From Ignavibacteriales bacterium (lineage in GTDB: Bacteria; Bacteroidota; Ignavibacteria; T3Sed10-11), in assembly GCA_003567775.1 (NCBI GenBank), contig PWYR01000014.1, positions 2,136 to 66,135 on the forward strand: a stretch of DNA of 64,000 nt, written 5' to 3'. The notes under the pieces were generated by a model that did not search any database, was not told where the DNA came from, and saw nothing but the letters and a program-made list of their open reading frames with translations. The position numbers and the translations under genes were made by a program. Shown one piece after another: positions 9,871 to 20,137 of the stretch; within the stretch, counting starts at the first letter, position 1, and every line of letters starts with the position of its first letter.

Positions 9871-10815
9871 ATGATAGAAGTACAAAACCTCTATAAAACT
9901 TTCACAACTATCAATGCAGTAAACGATGTATCGTTCAAAGTTGAACCGGGCAGAGTGTTCGGACTCCTCGGTCCGAATGGTGCAGGCAAGACAACATCCA
10001 TTCGTATGATATTAAACATTATATATCCCGATTCGGGGGAGATATATTTTGACGGACAGCCGTTCAGCATCGACATCCAGAATAGAATCGGTTATTTACC
10101 CGAAGAGCGAGGACTTTACCGAAAAAATAAATTGATGCATACCATTCAGTACTTTGCAGGTTTAAAAGGATTATCTTCGAGGGAATCCAAAAAAAGAGCG
10201 CTCTACTGGCTGGAACGTTTTCAACTTTCCGAATATGCAAATAACAAAATCGAAGAACTTTCGAAAGGTAACCAACAGAAAGTCCAGTTCATTATCTCCG
10301 TTCTTCATGAACCGAGGTATATCATCCTCGACGAACCATTCAGCGGTCTCGATCCGGTCAATCAAATATTGTTAAAAGACATCCTCGGCGAATTGAGAAA
10401 AGAAGGGAAGGTACTGATTTTTTCGACCCATCAAATGGAGCAGGCGGAAAAGATGTGCGACGACGTGTGCATTATAAATAGAGGGCGCGTTGTCTTATAC
10501 GGCAAACTCAGCGAGGAGAAGAAGAAATTCGGTATCAATACTATATCGATAGAGTACGAAGGCGACGGTTCGATGCTGAAACGGCTTGGAGGCGTTAAAC
10601 GATCCGCCGTTTACAGTAATTATGCGGAACTCGAGATTGACAGCGCAGTGCAGCCGCGAACAATTATTCAAGAAGCGAACAAATATCTGGATATCAGAAA
10701 ATTCGAGGTAAAAGAGCCGACCTTGAATGCGATTTTCCTCAAATTGGTAGGCGCCTCGGTTGAAGAGATAGAACTGAAGGATCAAGAAGTGCAATTAACG
10801 GAGGCGTCGTTATGA
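9871..10815 (+). CDS. ABC transporter ATP-binding protein (NatA-like, ABC-2 type)
   Basis: Walker A GPNGAGKTT, signature LSKGNQQK, Walker B ILDEP. Confidence 0.85.
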   Translation: MIEVQNLYKTFTTINAVNDVSFKVEPGRVFGLLGPNGAGKTTSIRMILNIIYPDSGEIYFDGQPFSIDIQNRIGYLPEERGLYRKNKLMHTIQYFAGLKGLSSRESKKRALYWLERFQLSEYANNKIEELSKGNQQKVQFIISVLHEPRYIILDEPFSGLDPVNQILLKDILGELRKEGKVLIFSTHQMEQAEKMCDDVCIINRGRVVLYGKLSEEKKKFGINTISIEYEGDGSMLKRLGGVKRSAVYSNYAELEIDSAVQPRTIIQEANKYLDIRKFEVKEPTLNAIFLKLVGASVEEIELKDQEVQLTEASL

Positions 10816-12059
10816 ATAAAACGTTTGTCGTTGCGAAGTGGGAATACATGGAGAGAATTAAGAGCAAGATGTTTATCGCCTCGCTGTTTATTTTTCCGAT
10901 TATTATGATTGCGTTTTTGATTCTTCCATCGCTCTTAGTGTCACGCGCCGAAGATACCCAGAAAGTGATCGGCCTGGTAGATCCGGAAAATAAGCTTTCT
11001 CCCGCCCTTATACGAAATATAGAGGAAGGATTCACACTTGTTGATAACCAGCCGATTTATGTGATCAGAAAAATAGAAGAACCGGCCGCAGATAAGGAAA
11101 CGCTGCGTATGATCGCAAATTCGCTCGTTTTTGCAGAGGACATCGAGGGATATATTTATATTCCGCCGGATATTTTCGAAACAAATCAACCCGAGTATTA
11201 CTCAACCAATGTCGGCAATGTAAAAGATCAAGGTCGTTTTACCGGGATAATACGCGACATTCTTACAGAATTCAGGTTGGAGGATCGCGGAATCGATCCC
11301 GATATTGTTAATGAAGTAGTGAAACCGGTACATTTACGTACGGTACGAATTTCACCCTCCGGTGATGAAAAAGAATCGGATTATCTGACAATTTTTTTGA
11401 CTTCATACATTTTTCTGATGGCGATGATGATGTTGATTGCAACATCGGGTCAAATATTGATCCGCAGTGTAGTCGAGGAAAAAACGAACCGTATAATCGA
11501 AGTGCTTGCGTCATCGTGCTCACCGACCGATTTAATGGCAGGGAAGATTCTCGGATTAAGTGCGCTCGGTTTAACGCAGGTTGGATTATACGCATTAATG
11601 GGAGTGGCGGCGGTTTTATATTTCGGTTTTGAAGGAGCGGCGTTTGAGAATGTCTGGTTGCTTTTGCCCTACTTTGTTATCGGCTATTTGTTTTATGCTG
11701 CGATATTTGTCGTCGTCGGATCGCCGCTTTCATCGGAACAGGAAGCTCAACAGATTGCGGGTTGGGTAGTGCTTGTTCTATTGATCCCGATGATCTTTGC
11801 CGTGCTTGCAATGGAAAATCCCGATATGCCGATTATCCGGATACTGAGTTTTATCCCGTTTTTCACGCCTTCGTTTATGGCGCTGCGCATCCCGATCGCT
11901 ATGCCGTCGACATTCGATATTGTAACGACCCTCGGCATATTGGCGCTCTGTACAATGATAATGATGTGGATAGCGGGAAAAATATTTCGTGTAGCAATTC
12001 TATCATATGGAAAACGACCATCAATTAGCGAAATCCTGCAGTGGATTAGATCAAGTTAG
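10812..12059 (+). CDS. ABC-2 family transporter permease (NatB-like)
   Basis: 415 aa. ATGA overlap with the upstream ATPase gene. One N-terminal TM, a large extracytoplasmic loop, then five TMs: the ABC-2/NatB architecture. Confidence 0.7.
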   Translation: MNKTFVVAKWEYMERIKSKMFIASLFIFPIIMIAFLILPSLLVSRAEDTQKVIGLVDPENKLSPALIRNIEEGFTLVDNQPIYVIRKIEEPAADKETLRMIANSLVFAEDIEGYIYIPPDIFETNQPEYYSTNVGNVKDQGRFTGIIRDILTEFRLEDRGIDPDIVNEVVKPVHLRTVRISPSGDEKESDYLTIFLTSYIFLMAMMMLIATSGQILIRSVVEEKTNRIIEVLASSCSPTDLMAGKILGLSALGLTQVGLYALMGVAAVLYFGFEGAAFENVWLLLPYFVIGYLFYAAIFVVVGSPLSSEQEAQQIAGWVVLVLLIPMIFAVLAMENPDMPIIRILSFIPFFTPSFMALRIPIAMPSTFDIVTTLGILALCTMIMMWIAGKIFRVAILSYGKRPSISEILQWIRSS

Positions 12060-12140
12060 TTTTATCATTGCAAATGTGCTGCGGTTTTGCTATATTAGAA
12101 AAAGTTTTTATTATACCTTAAGCCGCAGTATATTTGACTA

Positions 12141-12653
12141 ATGACACTTGAAGAAGTATTTTTTTACTTTCTCGCCGCAGGTGCAATAGTATCTGCCCTA
12201 CTTGTTATTACGCGAAGAAATCCGATTAACAGCGTAATATTTTTAGTTCTCAACTTTTTCTTTCTTGCCGCCCTCTATCTCACACTCAAAGCGCAATTTA
12301 TTTCCATTATTCAGATCCTGGTATATGCCGGCGCGATCATGGTGCTTTTTATGTTTGTGATCATGCTGCTTAACCTCGGTGATGAAAAACGGCTCACCGA
12401 TCGTGTGACATGGAAACAGATCGTAGCTATAGGTCTATCCCTGGCGTTTGTTATGCAGGTGTTGTACATCGTTGGATTTGGTGAGACTGCCGATATGAAA
12501 ACTATGTCTGCTAAAGCCGTTGATATCGGAACGGTTGAGAATATAGGGATGGAGTTGTTCAGTTATTATGTACTGCCAATCGAAGCAATCTCAGTGCTGC
12601 TCGTTGCGGCGGTAGTCGGTGCAATCGTTCTTGCAAAACGTAAGTTCGATTAA
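12141..12653 (+). CDS. nuoJ: NADH-quinone oxidoreductase subunit J
   Basis: 170 aa membrane protein with NuoJ-like N-terminus (AAGAIVSALLVITRRNPINSV). Precedes nuoK. Confidence 0.85.
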   Translation: MTLEEVFFYFLAAGAIVSALLVITRRNPINSVIFLVLNFFFLAALYLTLKAQFISIIQILVYAGAIMVLFMFVIMLLNLGDEKRLTDRVTWKQIVAIGLSLAFVMQVLYIVGFGETADMKTMSAKAVDIGTVENIGMELFSYYVLPIEAISVLLVAAVVGAIVLAKRKFD

Positions 12654-12761
12654 ACAGTGTGCACCGATGCCGTTGATTCCCGATTGATACCTCGTCCGGA
12701 GTTTCCCCGACTTTGTGGGTTGAATCAGATTGCCAAATTATTCATTAGATGAAAACGTAAC

Positions 12762-13064
12762 ATGATACCGTTGAATTTTTATCTTGCACTTAGCGCTTTA
12801 TTGTTTACTATCGGCGTTGTCGGTGTACTCACGCGCCGCAACGCAATAATTGTGTTTATGTCGATCGAATTGATGTTGAATTCGGTAAATCTTACGCTTG
12901 TTGCCTTCTCGTCGTTTCTGGGCGATGCAACAGGACAGATGCTTGTCTTTTTCGTGATCACCATTGCAGCGGCGGAAGCCGCTATCGGATTGGCAATAAT
13001 CATTGCGCTTTTCCGTAACAAGCAAACAGTTAACATTGATGAAATTAATCTTTTAAAGTGGTAA
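12762..13064 (+). CDS. nuoK: NADH-quinone oxidoreductase subunit K
   Basis: 100 aa. [21 protein letters not shown] is a conserved NuoK/ND4L motif. Confidence 0.9.
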   Translation: MIPLNFYLALSALLFTIGVVGVLTRRNAIIVFMSIELMLNSVNLTLVAFSSFLGDATGQMLVFFVITIAAAEAAIGLAIIIALFRNKQTVNIDEINLLKW

Positions 13065-13076
13065 GACACAACTGTT

Positions 13077-15005
13077 ATGTATAATCTTATTGGACTTGTC
13101 GTTCTCCTGCCGCTCATTGGCGCTGCATTAAACGGTTTGATCGGCTGGCGTATTAAGAATGAAAAAATAATCGGCGCTTTCGGCAGCGGCGTCGTCGGGC
13201 TTTCATTTTTCATTGCCGTATTGATTTTTATCGAGATGCTTGGCCGAGATGCGATGAATAGGATGGAAATAGTCGAGTATTTCAACTGGATAGTTGCGGG
13301 GGGGCTTGATACTGCGTTCGCCTATCAGGTCGATCAGCTCTCTATTCTTATGACGTTGGTCGTAACGGGCGTCGGTTTTCTCATCCATGTATATTCCATC
13401 GGTTATATGCATGGTGATCCGGGGTACTGGCGATACTTCTCCTATTTAAATTTGTTTATTTTCGCGATGTTGAACCTGGTGCTTGCCGATAATTTTCTCC
13501 TGCTGTTCCTCGGTTGGGAGGGAGTCGGTTTATGTTCATACCTGTTGATCGGTTTCTGGTACACGAAGAAATTTACCGGGGACGCCGCAAAGAAGGCATT
13601 CATCGTCAACAGGATTGGCGACTTCGGGTTCCTCATCGGTTTGTTCTTAATTTTTATTACGTTTGGTACGCTAAAATTCGAGCCGGTTTTTCTGCAGGCG
13701 TCGGTTATGGTATTAGGCGAACCGGTGCTGTTCTGGATTACCCTGATGCTGTTTGTGGGTGCGGTGGGTAAATCGGCGCAGATACCGTTGTTTGTCTGGC
13801 TTCCCGATGCGATGGCGGGTCCAACGCCGGTCAGTGCGCTCATTCATGCCGCGACGATGGTTACCGCCGGTGTTTATATGGTTGCTCGCTCTGCGACGCT
13901 GTATGCCCTTGCACCGCTGACGCTCGAAATAGTTGCCGTCATCGGATTGCTCACTGCGGTGATGGCTGCAACGATCGCACTGACGCAAAACGATATTAAG
14001 AAAGTGTTGGCCTATTCCACCGTTAGCCAGCTCGGTTATATGTTCCTGGCGCTCGGCGTCGGCGCATTCTGGGTGGGTATTTTCCATGTATACACACATG
14101 CATTTTTTAAAGCGTTGCTTTTTCTCGGTTCGGGCGCTGTGATTCATGCAATGAATCATGAACAGAATATCCAAAAGATGGGCGGGTTACAGAAGTATCT
14201 GCCGAAGACATATCTAACATTTCTCATCGGAGCGATCGCTATTGCCGGGATTCCGCCGTTAGCAGGATTTTTCAGCAAAGATGAAATCTTAGCGTATGTA
14301 TGGCACGACGGTTCTGTTATTCTCTGGATCTTTGCAGCTCTCACCGCAGGTCTTACGGCATTTTATATGTTTCGTCTTGTCAGTTTAACATTCTGGGGGA
14401 ATCCGCGATTCAAAGAACACGGTGAAGGCGCTGCACATCCCCATGAAGCGCCGGCAACGATGACAATTCCGTTAATAATACTTGCGGTTCTTTCAATCGT
14501 CGGCGGGTGGGTCGGTATCCCGAAGGCGCTCGGCGGCGGTCTTGCGATCAAAGAATTTCTATCGCCGGTGTTCTATCATGCGGACAGAATAATGGCTTTA
14601 CCCGAACACGGCGTGCATTCGGTCGATTATATCCTGATTGTTTTGTCGGTAGTGATCGCGGCGGCGGGAATTTATCTCGCCCGTACATGGTATCTCAGAA
14701 AACCCGACGTGCCGAATCGCATTGCAAAAAAATACAGCGGTGTTTATACTGTGCTGAACAATAAGTACTACGTTGATGAATTGTACGATGCAGTTATCGT
14801 CAATCCGACGGTGAAAGGATCGCGTAGACTGCTCTGGCGTGGTTTTGATGTAGGCATCATCGACGGCATAGTGAACGGTCTTGCGAAACTTATAGCGGTT
14901 ATTTCGAAATACGGACGAAAGGTGCAGGTGGGTGTTGTACAGGGGTATGCAGTTGCATTCGTCTTCGGGATCGTCTTTATTTTATACTGGTTGATATTCA
15001 GGTAA
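13077..15005 (+). CDS. nuoL: NADH-quinone oxidoreductase subunit L
   Basis: 642 aa antiporter-like subunit with conserved WLPDAMAGPTPVSALIHAATMV. Confidence 0.9.
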   Translation: MYNLIGLVVLLPLIGAALNGLIGWRIKNEKIIGAFGSGVVGLSFFIAVLIFIEMLGRDAMNRMEIVEYFNWIVAGGLDTAFAYQVDQLSILMTLVVTGVGFLIHVYSIGYMHGDPGYWRYFSYLNLFIFAMLNLVLADNFLLLFLGWEGVGLCSYLLIGFWYTKKFTGDAAKKAFIVNRIGDFGFLIGLFLIFITFGTLKFEPVFLQASVMVLGEPVLFWITLMLFVGAVGKSAQIPLFVWLPDAMAGPTPVSALIHAATMVTAGVYMVARSATLYALAPLTLEIVAVIGLLTAVMAATIALTQNDIKKVLAYSTVSQLGYMFLALGVGAFWVGIFHVYTHAFFKALLFLGSGAVIHAMNHEQNIQKMGGLQKYLPKTYLTFLIGAIAIAGIPPLAGFFSKDEILAYVWHDGSVILWIFAALTAGLTAFYMFRLVSLTFWGNPRFKEHGEGAAHPHEAPATMTIPLIILAVLSIVGGWVGIPKALGGGLAIKEFLSPVFYHADRIMALPEHGVHSVDYILIVLSVVIAAAGIYLARTWYLRKPDVPNRIAKKYSGVYTVLNNKYYVDELYDAVIVNPTVKGSRRLLWRGFDVGIIDGIVNGLAKLIAVISKYGRKVQVGVVQGYAVAFVFGIVFILYWLIFR

Positions 15006-15021
15006 TTTAATTATCAATATT

Positions 15022-16602
15022 ATGTTTGAAAACAATCTCCTCACATATTTAATATTTTCGCCGCTTGTCGGGGCGTTGATTTTGTTGTTTATTGAAAAAT
15101 CAAAACACAACGCAATGCGATGGATAGCACTGCTAACGACTATATTCACATTCGCACTTGCGATTGTGTTATTCCTTCGGTTCGATGCATCAGAAGCGGG
15201 ATTCCAGTTTTTCAAAGAAGCAGCATGGATAGAAGCGATCGATGTGGCATATCGTGTCGGCGTCGACGGCATCTCGCTCTTATTGGTTTTGCTGACAGCA
15301 TTTATTATGCCGATCTCGGTGATTGCATCGTGGTCGTCGATCAAACATCGTGTGAAGGAATATTTTGTGTTTTTGCTTTTACTTGAAGTAGGGATGATAG
15401 GCGTCTTCCTCGCACTCGATATGTTCCTGTTTTACATATTCTGGGAAGCAATGTTGATCCCGATGTATTTTATCATCGGTGTGTGGGGCGGCAAGGATCG
15501 TATTTACGCTGCGGTGAAGTTTTTCCTCTTTACGATGATCGGCAGCTTGTTGATGCTCGTTGCGATCATCTGGATCGGCGTCTATGCATCCAATACTACG
15601 GGTCATTTTACCACCGATCTTCAGATTTTATACGATATAGCGCCTACGATTCCGCTTACACTGCAATCGTGGATGTTCCTTGCTTTCGCATTAAGTTTTC
15701 TGATAAAAGTACCGCTGTTTCCGCTTCATACGTGGTTGCCGGATGCGCACGTCGAGGCGCCGACCGCAGGTAGTGTTATTCTTGCCGGCGTGTTGCTGAA
15801 AATGGGTACCTATGGCTTGATCCGGTTTTGTCTCCCGCTGTTTCCCGCAGCGACATACGAGTATATGACCATCATTTGTGTTCTCGCGGTTATAGGAATA
15901 ATCTACGGCGCGCTTGTTGCAATGGTGCAAACCGATGTTAAAAAATTGATCGCATATTCGTCCGTCAGTCACCTTGGATTCATCGTGCTCGGTATTTTTG
16001 CACTTACCGAAGAGGCAATGCAGGGCAGCATCATTCATATGGTCAATCACGGTTTAAGCACCGGGGCGCTCTTTCTTCTGGTGGGGATGATCTACGAACG
16101 CCGGCATACCCGTATGATAGTTGACTTCGGAGGAATTGCGAAAGTGATGCCGGTGTTTGCTGCGTTCTTTTTATTTATTTCATTATCATCCATCGGATTG
16201 CCGGGATTAAACGGATTTGTCGGTGAATTTCTGATCCTTCTCGGAGCATTTCAGTCGCAAGCATTGGCAACATACTGGTATGCAATTTTTGCAGCAACCG
16301 GTGTTATCCTTGCGGCGGTGTATATGCTGTGGATGTATCAGCGGGTGATGTTGGGTGATCTGGATAAACCTGAAAATCAAAAGCTAATAGATATAAATGG
16401 ACGGGAACTTGCCACGCTTGTTCCGATTGCAATATTCGTGATCTGGATAGGTATCTATCCGTCTACGTTTTTAAATAAGACAGAAGCTTCCGGTCGACAA
16501 GTACTCGAGCAGGTGGAACGGGGAAGATCGATATACCGTGCTGCTCAAACGCCGGAAGTAATAGAACAAGATATATTTTCAACACAACCGAACCGTAAAT
16601 AG
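15022..16602 (+). CDS. nuoM: NADH-quinone oxidoreductase subunit M
   Basis: 526 aa. LHTWLPDAHVEAPTAGSVILAGVLLK motif. Position between L and N. Confidence 0.9.
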   Translation: MFENNLLTYLIFSPLVGALILLFIEKSKHNAMRWIALLTTIFTFALAIVLFLRFDASEAGFQFFKEAAWIEAIDVAYRVGVDGISLLLVLLTAFIMPISVIASWSSIKHRVKEYFVFLLLLEVGMIGVFLALDMFLFYIFWEAMLIPMYFIIGVWGGKDRIYAAVKFFLFTMIGSLLMLVAIIWIGVYASNTTGHFTTDLQILYDIAPTIPLTLQSWMFLAFALSFLIKVPLFPLHTWLPDAHVEAPTAGSVILAGVLLKMGTYGLIRFCLPLFPAATYEYMTIICVLAVIGIIYGALVAMVQTDVKKLIAYSSVSHLGFIVLGIFALTEEAMQGSIIHMVNHGLSTGALFLLVGMIYERRHTRMIVDFGGIAKVMPVFAAFFLFISLSSIGLPGLNGFVGEFLILLGAFQSQALATYWYAIFAATGVILAAVYMLWMYQRVMLGDLDKPENQKLIDINGRELATLVPIAIFVIWIGIYPSTFLNKTEASGRQVLEQVERGRSIYRAAQTPEVIEQDIFSTQPNRK

Positions 16603-16608
16603 TAACCA

Positions 16609-18033
16609 ATGGACTTTAATCCAACTGATCTACTTCATATACTGCCGATACTGATTGTTACGGTTACGGCACTCTCGGTATTAATCCTTGAAATTACCAT
16701 CAAACGCGCCGAGCCGTTTGTATTTATATTTAGTATTATCGGAATGATTGCCGCCGGGGTTGCTGCAATCAATTTATATCCGGTAAGCGACACGGCATTT
16801 TACGAAATGGTTAGCGTCGGCGGGTTTGCAAGCTTCTTTCATGTTTTATTCATAATCCTGACGATCTTAACGTTTTTTATTTCACGACAGTACATAGAAC
16901 GGATGGGAATTTACCACAGCGAATATTATGCAATGATCCTTTTTGCGCTTGTGGGAATGATGCTGATCGCCTCGTCGCTTGATCTGCTGATGCTGTTTAT
17001 CGGTATTGAATTAATGTCGTTGAGTTTTTATATTCTTGCGGGTTTCCTGCGATCCAGATTAACTTCCAACGAGTCGGCGCTAAAATATTTTTTGCTCGGC
17101 GCATTTGCGACCGGTTTTCTTGTATACGGAATCGCATTAATCTACGGCGCATCCGGCACGACCAAGCTTCCGATGATCGCATTGCAAATTGACGAGCTGT
17201 TTAATAGTACACTTTTCTGGATCGGCGTTGCCATGTTGACAATGGGATTCTCGTTTAAAGTTGCATCCGTTCCGTTCCATATGTGGGCGCCCGATGTGTA
17301 CGAAGGTGCGCCGACAACCGTTACCGCGTTTATGTCGACAGCCGGCAAAGCCGCGGCATTCGCCGGGTTTTTGATTGTCGTTATGTTTTCGTTTGCGGGC
17401 GGCGTTGAGAAATTGCATGATCTTTTCGCGATACTTGCCGTCGCTTCTATGGTTGTCGGGAATCTTATTGCGATCTCCCAGCAAAATTTAAAACGGATGC
17501 TCGCATATTCGAGCATCGCACACGCCGGCTATATGCTGATCGGATTTGCCGCGGCGAGCGAAACCGGTATCAGCGGCGTTATGTTTTATGTGGTTGCTTA
17601 TGGTTTTATGAACATAGGAGCGTTCGGAGTATTGTCGATGGCTGAATACGGCGAGGACAAAAATCTAACATTCGATGAATTCAAAGGATTTGCTACCCGC
17701 AAACCGCTGCTTGCTGCAATGATGGCGATTTTTATGTTCTCTCTCTCGGGTATTCCTCCGTTCGCCGGATTTTTCGGAAAATATTATATCTTCGTTGCGG
17801 CGATACAGGAAGGATATACATGGCTTGCAATCGTCGGTGTCCTTGCAAGCGTTGTCGGTGTGTACTATTATATTAGAGTTATTATTTATATGTACTTTTA
17901 CGACGGCGATGTTCGGCTTGAGGCAGAGCCATCATATTTAGGCGTTGCTGCTTTGATAATATCGGCGGTAGCCGTCCTGCAAATGGGTATTTTTCCATCA
18001 ACCGTATTGCGTTTAACGTTCGGATTATTCTAA
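16609..18033 (+). CDS. nuoN: NADH-quinone oxidoreductase subunit N
   Basis: 474 aa. FHMWAPDVYEGAPTTVTAFMSTAGK motif. Last gene of the nuo block. Confidence 0.9.
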   Translation: MDFNPTDLLHILPILIVTVTALSVLILEITIKRAEPFVFIFSIIGMIAAGVAAINLYPVSDTAFYEMVSVGGFASFFHVLFIILTILTFFISRQYIERMGIYHSEYYAMILFALVGMMLIASSLDLLMLFIGIELMSLSFYILAGFLRSRLTSNESALKYFLLGAFATGFLVYGIALIYGASGTTKLPMIALQIDELFNSTLFWIGVAMLTMGFSFKVASVPFHMWAPDVYEGAPTTVTAFMSTAGKAAAFAGFLIVVMFSFAGGVEKLHDLFAILAVASMVVGNLIAISQQNLKRMLAYSSIAHAGYMLIGFAAASETGISGVMFYVVAYGFMNIGAFGVLSMAEYGEDKNLTFDEFKGFATRKPLLAAMMAIFMFSLSGIPPFAGFFGKYYIFVAAIQEGYTWLAIVGVLASVVGVYYYIRVIIYMYFYDGDVRLEAEPSYLGVAALIISAVAVLQMGIFPSTVLRLTFGLF

Positions 18034-18037
18034 AGGT

Positions 18038-19600
18038 ATGCTACGAATTGCGTCGGCACAGGAGATGCGAGGTTGTGATGAAGAAGCGATCAAGGGGTAC
18101 GGCATTCCCGGCATCGTGTTGATGGAAAATGCCGCGCGGGGGACAGCCGATGCGATGTATGAGCATATTCCCGGGCTTAGTTCAAAACATATTTTGATTG
18201 CATGCGGTAAAGGAAACAACGGCGGCGACGGGTTCGCTCTCGCCCGACATCTCATCGAACGCGGCAGTACAGTCACGGTCGCGTCACTCTCTCCGGTTTC
18301 TCAACTCAAAGGCGACGCACGGATTAATGCGGATATCATCCAGAAGATGAGCCGGACCGATTCGTCGGGTACGCTGTCATTTGTCAAATCCATCACACGC
18401 GATAAGCTTGAAAAATTACCGAAGCCGGACGTAATTGTCGATGCGATACTCGGCACCGGGTTCAAAGGAAAACTCAAACCGAAAGTTTCATCCATTGTCG
18501 AATGGATGAACGGGGAGCCGGCAATTCGCATTGCCGTTGATATTCCATCCGGAATCGATGCGGATACAGGCAGTAGTGAAGGCGTCACGGTGCAAGCCGA
18601 TTACACGTGTACCATGGGATTAATAAAGACCGGATTATTATTCTCACCCGGGCGGGATGTAGCGGGTAAAATATTGTGTATCGATATTCAAATTCCTCCG
18701 GAAGTATTTCGGCAATCGAAGATACAAACATTTCTCGTACAAGAATCCGATGTTCGTAAAGCAGCACCGAAACGTTCGCTTGATGTGCATAAGTATCAGG
18801 TCGGCAAGGTTTTTGTTCTCGCGGGTTCAACAGGACTTACGGGAGCTGCCGCGCTTACATCGATGAGTGCATTAAGAAGCGGCGCCGGTGCGGTTGTCCT
18901 CGGCGTTCCCGATAGTCTTAATCTTATGATGGAGAAAAAACTAACGGAGGTTATGACGTTGCCGCTTGCGGATAACGGTTCCGGTGTACTGCTCGCCTCC
19001 GCGTGGGAACGGATAAAACAGCAATGCGAATGGGCGGATGTTATTGCCGCAGGACCCGGCTTATCGGGAACCGATGATATTAAAGAAATTATTGTCCGGT
19101 TATTACAACAAATACAAAAACCCATTGTACTTGATGCGGATGCAATAAATGTACTTGCAGGAAACGATACGTTGTTTGATAAGCGAAATGCTCCGGTTAT
19201 TCTAACGCCTCATACCGGTGAATTTTCACGGTTATCGGGGATAGATTCCACCGACATAAATAGAGACCGGCTTCCATTAGCGCGGCGTTACGCACAGAGA
19301 CGAAAAATTACGCTATTATTAAAGGGAGGTCCCTCGATTGTTGCATCAGAGAATGGTAACCTTTATATTAATGGAACCGGAAATCCCGGCATGGCGACTG
19401 CAGGTGCGGGGGATGTTCTCACAGGAGTCATAGCCGGCTTGTGGGCGCAGGGGTTGACGGATGAAGCTGCAGCTTATTGTGGAGCTTATATCCATGGTGC
19501 AGCCGGAGATCGAGCGAAGGAGAATTATGGAGAGCGTGCAATGACTGCAGGCGACATTCAAGAAGCGTTGTTGAAGGTATTAAAGGGGATTACAGGTTGA
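18038..19600 (+). CDS. nnr: bifunctional NAD(P)H-hydrate repair enzyme (epimerase / ADP-dependent dehydratase)
   Basis: 520 aa. YjeF-N motif GKGNNGGDGF and C-terminal carbohydrate-kinase-like domain (GGPSIVA...GNPGMATAGAGDVLTG). Confidence 0.85.
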   Translation: MLRIASAQEMRGCDEEAIKGYGIPGIVLMENAARGTADAMYEHIPGLSSKHILIACGKGNNGGDGFALARHLIERGSTVTVASLSPVSQLKGDARINADIIQKMSRTDSSGTLSFVKSITRDKLEKLPKPDVIVDAILGTGFKGKLKPKVSSIVEWMNGEPAIRIAVDIPSGIDADTGSSEGVTVQADYTCTMGLIKTGLLFSPGRDVAGKILCIDIQIPPEVFRQSKIQTFLVQESDVRKAAPKRSLDVHKYQVGKVFVLAGSTGLTGAAALTSMSALRSGAGAVVLGVPDSLNLMMEKKLTEVMTLPLADNGSGVLLASAWERIKQQCEWADVIAAGPGLSGTDDIKEIIVRLLQQIQKPIVLDADAINVLAGNDTLFDKRNAPVILTPHTGEFSRLSGIDSTDINRDRLPLARRYAQRRKITLLLKGGPSIVASENGNLYINGTGNPGMATAGAGDVLTGVIAGLWAQGLTDEAAAYCGAYIHGAAGDRAKENYGERAMTAGDIQEALLKVLKGITG

Positions 19601-20013
19601 ATCAAAATAACAAAGGGTTTTGGATTTACGTTGCTCCGGCGATTTTTTACGGAATACTCATAATAATTGCAACGGGAACTCCCGGAGACCGTATTCCGGC
19701 GATTGATATACCCGGTTTGGATAAAGTGGTTCACTTCGGGATGCATTTTATATTTGCGATGCTTATTCATCGCGCGCTATTATATCATGCGAATGGGAAC
19801 CTATTAAAGGCACATACATTAATCTTAACCGTTGTTTTCGTGTCCATTTTTGGCATTGTAGTCGAGTGGTACCAGACATTTATACCGGAACGATTTCCGA
19901 CAATCGGCGATGCGATAGCGAATATACTTGGAGCAGTTATCTATATGCTCCTATATAATATGGGGTTAAATCGGATATGGCCTGAACGAAGGATCCGTAT
20001 TTTACGGAACTAA
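19597..20013 (+). CDS. VanZ-like family membrane protein
   Basis: In-frame TTG at 19597 overlaps the nnr stop (TTGA). Hydrophobic N-terminus then GTPGDRIPAIDIPGLDKVVHFGMHFIFAML, as recalled for VanZ-like proteins. The upstream part of ORF 19477.. is an out-of-frame overlap with nnr. Confidence 0.5.
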   Translation: MNQNNKGFWIYVAPAIFYGILIIIATGTPGDRIPAIDIPGLDKVVHFGMHFIFAMLIHRALLYHANGNLLKAHTLILTVVFVSIFGIVVEWYQTFIPERFPTIGDAIANILGAVIYMLLYNMGLNRIWPERRIRILRN

Positions 20014-20063
20014 TGGCGCAGTTGCTTGTTGTAAATTAAAGAGAACAAAATTTTTAAAAATAT

Positions 20064-20092
20064 TTGACAAAACTGTCTAATATTGATATATT
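20064..20092 (+). promoter_or_regulatory. sigma-70-like promoter candidate upstream of tonB (TTGACA-17-TATATT)
   Basis: TTGACA at 20064..20069, 17-nt spacer, TATATT at 20087..20092, about 45 nt upstream of the tonB start. It sits inside a 16-mer shared with the folB upstream region. Confidence 0.3.
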
Positions 20093-20137
20093 CTAAAAAT
20101 AACTAATTAACTCCACACAAAAAGGGAGTTGGTACCG

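Noticed and set aside
13713-14174. His/Arg-rich 153-aa minus-strand ORF (and similar antisense ORFs 15691..16050, 17137..17516, 9279..9857, 20255..20743)
   Set aside because: These are antisense to well-supported conserved genes (nuoL, nuoM, nuoN, asnS, tonB). Their composition is the mirror image of the sense frame and carries no motifs.
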